Shown here piece after piece: positions 53,301 to 54,776 of a stretch of 54,776 nucleotides of DNA. The stretch spans positions 1-54,776 of the forward strand of contig DASTBC010000310.1 in assembly GCA_035712245.1 (NCBI GenBank), written 5' to 3'. The DNA comes from Candidatus Eiseniibacteriota bacterium (GTDB taxonomy: Bacteria > Eisenbacteria > RBG-16-71-46 > SZUA-252). The position numbers were made by a program, and so were the translations under genes. Under the pieces are notes generated by a model, which was not told the DNA's origin, ran no database searches, and saw nothing but the letters and a program-made list of their open reading frames with translations. Within the stretch, counting starts at the first letter, position 1; every line of letters starts with the position of its first letter.

Positions 53301-53558
53301 CTCGTCCGTGAGTTCGCGCACCGGATCCAAGCGCTCCGCAAGAGCGCCGAGTTCGACGTGACGGACCGGATCCGGCTCTCCTGGGAGCTCTCGCCCGGCC
53401 TCGCCAGGGCCTGCGAGCGCTTCGAGGAAACCATCCGTGACGAGGTGCTGGCCGAGGAGCTCGTCTCCCGCGCCCCCGTGGACGGCGCCGTCGAGGAGTG
53501 GACGTTCGACGGCGAGCGCGCCCGGGTCGGGATCGAGCGTGTTCGAAAAGGAGGGTGA
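50379..53558 (+). CDS. ileS: Isoleucyl-tRNA synthetase
   Basis: ATG at 50379 overlaps the PNP TGA (ATGA). ...FYEGPPTANGLPGVHHV... (HIGH-type motif), ...GWDTHGLPVE..., ...KMSKSKGN.... 1059 aa. Confidence 0.95.
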   Translation: MSVKAERFRPPSVKLDAPESERKILELWKEIRAFEEGLRRREGSPPFTFYEGPPTANGLPGVHHVISRTIKDIVCRYRSMTGHYVPRKAGWDTHGLPVEIEVERQLQISGKDQIETYGIAEFNALCKKSVLKYESEWRRNTERIGFWLDMDHPYLTFANEYIETVWWLLKRIWDGGLLYQGHKIVPYCPRCGTPLSSHEVSLGYDDVTEPSVTVKFALEDEPGSYVLAWTTTPWTLPGNVALAVGADLDYVRAVQTVEGKEERYYVARERLAQLAGEYTVDRELKGRDLVGRRYRPLFDFMNLEAVTGKKAYYVAAADFVTTTDGTGVVHTAVMYGEDDYALGQALDLPQHHTVDPRGHFTEDVKPWAGQFVKDAESDIRRWLRAHGSLYREEMTTHAYPFCWRCDSVLLYYAWKTWYIATTRYRDQLLAAHKTVEWHPGDVGANRFGNWLENNVDWALSRNRYWGTPLNIWRCSGCGEDRSVGSIEELRQGKGVPDPLDLHRPYVDQVTFDCPKCGGEQRRVPEVIDVWFDSGAMPYAQWHYPFENRDRFERSFPADFISEGMDQTRGWFYSLLAIAVHASGRAPYRHVLPIELILDKQGKKMSKSKGNTVDPNKILDERGADALRFYLIATSPPWMPTRFDTDGVTEVTKKLLGTLRNVGAFFALYANIDDYDPARKEPSAPSLLDRWILSRLHSLTASVRDSLESYDLTRGARAIQDFVLEDLSNWYVRRSRRRFWKSGDPADKRAAYDALYECLRVVSRLLAPYTPFVAEEIHQHVVRPGAPDAEPSSVHWCDFPEPDPSRIDEGLERSMELALRVVNLARAARNASSLRVRQPLRRVAVAGIGAREARDLLGLAWLVQDELNVKEVVLVEDRNDLVALTVKPNFPVLGKKAGPAMKEIAAQMLAAPPGQVRAAIEGEGWEVEAGGRSFRLTAEDVLVQEASKAPWVAQSDGSLAVAVDTTLDEDLRTEGLVREFAHRIQALRKSAEFDVTDRIRLSWELSPGLARACERFEETIRDEVLAEELVSRAPVDGAVEEWTFDGERARVGIERVRKGG

Positions 53559-53562
53559 CACG

Positions 53563-53952
53563 TTGCTCACCAAGAAGGATTTGAAGCACTTCGAGGAGCG
53601 GCTCCTGGAGGAGCGGAAGAAGCTGTCGGGCCAGCTCGGATACCTCGAGAAGACGATGGCGCAGACCCAGCGGGACGCGGGCGGAGACCTCTCGGCGTAC
53701 TCGTTCCACATGGCCGACATGGGCACCGACGCGATGGAGCGCGAGAAGGCGTTCCTCTTCGCTTCGGCCGAGGGGAGACTCCTGTACAACGTGGACGAGG
53801 CGCTCCGGCGTCTCTACCGCGGCGAGTACGGCATGTGCCAGACCTGCGGCAAGGAGATCGGGAAACCGAGGCTCGACGCGATCCCCCACGCGAACCTCTG
53901 CGTCACGTGCCAGGAGAAGCAGGAGAAGGAAACGAACGCGGCGCGAGGATGA
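53563..53952 (+). CDS. TraR/DksA-family C4 zinc-finger protein
   Basis: TTG at 53563, 7 nt after AAGGAGGG. Coiled-coil N-terminus. CQTCGKEIGKPRLDAIPHANLCVTCQ zinc finger. Confidence 0.8.
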   Translation: MLTKKDLKHFEERLLEERKKLSGQLGYLEKTMAQTQRDAGGDLSAYSFHMADMGTDAMEREKAFLFASAEGRLLYNVDEALRRLYRGEYGMCQTCGKEIGKPRLDAIPHANLCVTCQEKQEKETNAARG

Positions 53953-54458
53953 ACCGGAACACAGGGGTGTTCCTGGCGTGCGCCGCGGGCGTGGTGCTGG
54001 CCGACCAGCTCACCAAGTGGATCGCATCGTCCCAGCTCGTGCTGGGCCAGCCCGTCCCCGTGCTCGGGGACATCGTGCGATTCACGCTCGTCCACAACAC
54101 CGGCGCGGCCTTCGGGCTCTTTCCGGGGAGCCGCGGTCCGTTCATCGTCATCTCCATCCTCGCGATCGCGGTCGTTCTGAACCTCTTCCTTCGTGAGGCC
54201 TACCGCGGCCTGCACCATCGCGTCCTGCTCGGGTGTATTCTCGGCGGCGCCATCGGGAATCTGATCGACCGCGTGCGTCTCGGCTGGGTCGTCGACTTCA
54301 TCGACGTGGGCGCCGGTTCCGCGCGATGGCCCGTGTTCAACATCGCGGACAGCGCCGTCACGATGGGGGTCATCCTCTTTGCCTGGAGCCTCTACCGATC
54401 GGGACACCCCGCTCCCGATCCCGAAAGTCCACGTAGTCCCGGCCTCGAGAGCGGGTGA
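53949..54458 (+). CDS. lspA: Lipoprotein signal peptidase (signal peptidase II)
   Basis: ATG at 53949 overlaps the upstream TGA (ATGA). ...LADQLTKW..., ...LVHNTGAAFG..., ...GGAIGNLIDR..., ...VVDFID......FNIADSAV.... Confidence 0.9.
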   Translation: MNRNTGVFLACAAGVVLADQLTKWIASSQLVLGQPVPVLGDIVRFTLVHNTGAAFGLFPGSRGPFIVISILAIAVVLNLFLREAYRGLHHRVLLGCILGGAIGNLIDRVRLGWVVDFIDVGAGSARWPVFNIADSAVTMGVILFAWSLYRSGHPAPDPESPRSPGLESG

Positions 54459-54776
54459 GCGGCTGGACCGCTTTCTCGCGGAGGCCGAGCGCACCCTCTC
54501 CCGCTCGGCGGTACGCCAGCTCATCGACGGCGGCCACGTCCGTCTGAACGGCGAGCTCGCGCGCGCCAGCCGCCGCGTGCGCGAGGGCGACCGGATCGAG
54601 GTCGTGCGCCCCCGCCGGGAGCCCACGCCGCTTCGGGCCGAGCCGATTCCCCTGGACGTCGTCTACGAGGACGAGCACCTCCTCGTCGTGGACAAGCCGG
54701 CAGGTCTCGTCGTCCACCCGTCCGGCGGCCAGCAGACCGGGACGCTCGCGCACGGCCTGCTGGCGCACGGTGCCGC
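54379..54776 (+). CDS. rluD: RluD/RluA-family 23S rRNA pseudouridine synthase, 5' partial (runs off the window)
   Basis: S4-like ...AGERLDRFLAEAERTLSRSAVRQLIDGGHVRLNGE... then ...LDVVYEDEHLLVVDKPAGLVVHP.... The only canonical in-frame start upstream is TTG at 54379 (80-nt overlap with lspA), so the true start is uncertain. Confidence 0.75.
   Translation, partial: MPGASTDRDTPLPIPKVHVVPASRAGERLDRFLAEAERTLSRSAVRQLIDGGHVRLNGELARASRRVREGDRIEVVRPRREPTPLRAEPIPLDVVYEDEHLLVVDKPAGLVVHPSGGQQTGTLAHGLLAHGA

Overview
54.8-kb high-GC chromosomal segment from a diderm bacterium. All calls come from reading the sequence and the ORF track; no database search was run. FlgD-Ig/T9SS-type C-terminal domains and many outer-membrane beta-barrel genes suggest an uncultured FCB-related, Gemmatimonadota-like or Eisenbacteria-like lineage, but that is a guess. 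Many long ORFs in the track are antisense or off-frame artefacts of the GC content. Real genes were chosen by signal peptides, catalytic motifs, Shine-Dalgarno sites and start/stop coupling. Layout: (1) 1-16 kb is a cell-envelope region with a canonical tmRNA (ssrA, 1974-2320), an OmpA protein with thrombospondin-type repeats, an Omp85/BamA-like protein, at least six small beta-barrel OMP genes, a G-[IL]-Q surface-repeat protein, a DUF3943-like protein and lipoproteins. (2) 16-19.6 kb holds an EEP-family lipoprotein, an FGE/SUMF1-family lipoprotein and an APC permease. (3) 19.6-35 kb holds two giant Ser/Thr-kinase/STAND-ATPase/TPR proteins bracketing three secreted proteins with FlgD-Ig/T9SS-type C-terminal domains; one of these has visibly lower GC. 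(4) 31-43 kb is the most interesting locus. The second kinase is translationally coupled (GTGA, GTGA, 2-nt gap) to a lipoprotein HlyD-type adaptor, a PqqD-like/M50-metalloprotease/HlyD fusion and a GAF-GAF-TM-HlyD protein. Two diverged tandem cassettes follow, absent from the ORF track. Each has a -24/-12 sigma-54-type promoter, a 42-43 aa Lys-rich peptide gene with an identical TTPRGMARRQFYTPPSSE tail, and a hairpin plus T-tract terminator. A convergent GAF-containing sigma-54 enhancer-binding protein comes next. I read this as a candidate sigma-54-controlled peptide processing/export system lacking any obvious ABC/RND pump or outer-membrane factor. (5) 43-54.8 kb is accessory and housekeeping: MetA-type OM transporter, DinB, DUF1326, an aminotransferase, a holin-family membrane protein, then a tightly coupled yggS-yggU-PNP-ileS-dksA-like-lspA-rluD string. 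No CRISPR array, rRNA, tRNA, transposase or integrase was seen.
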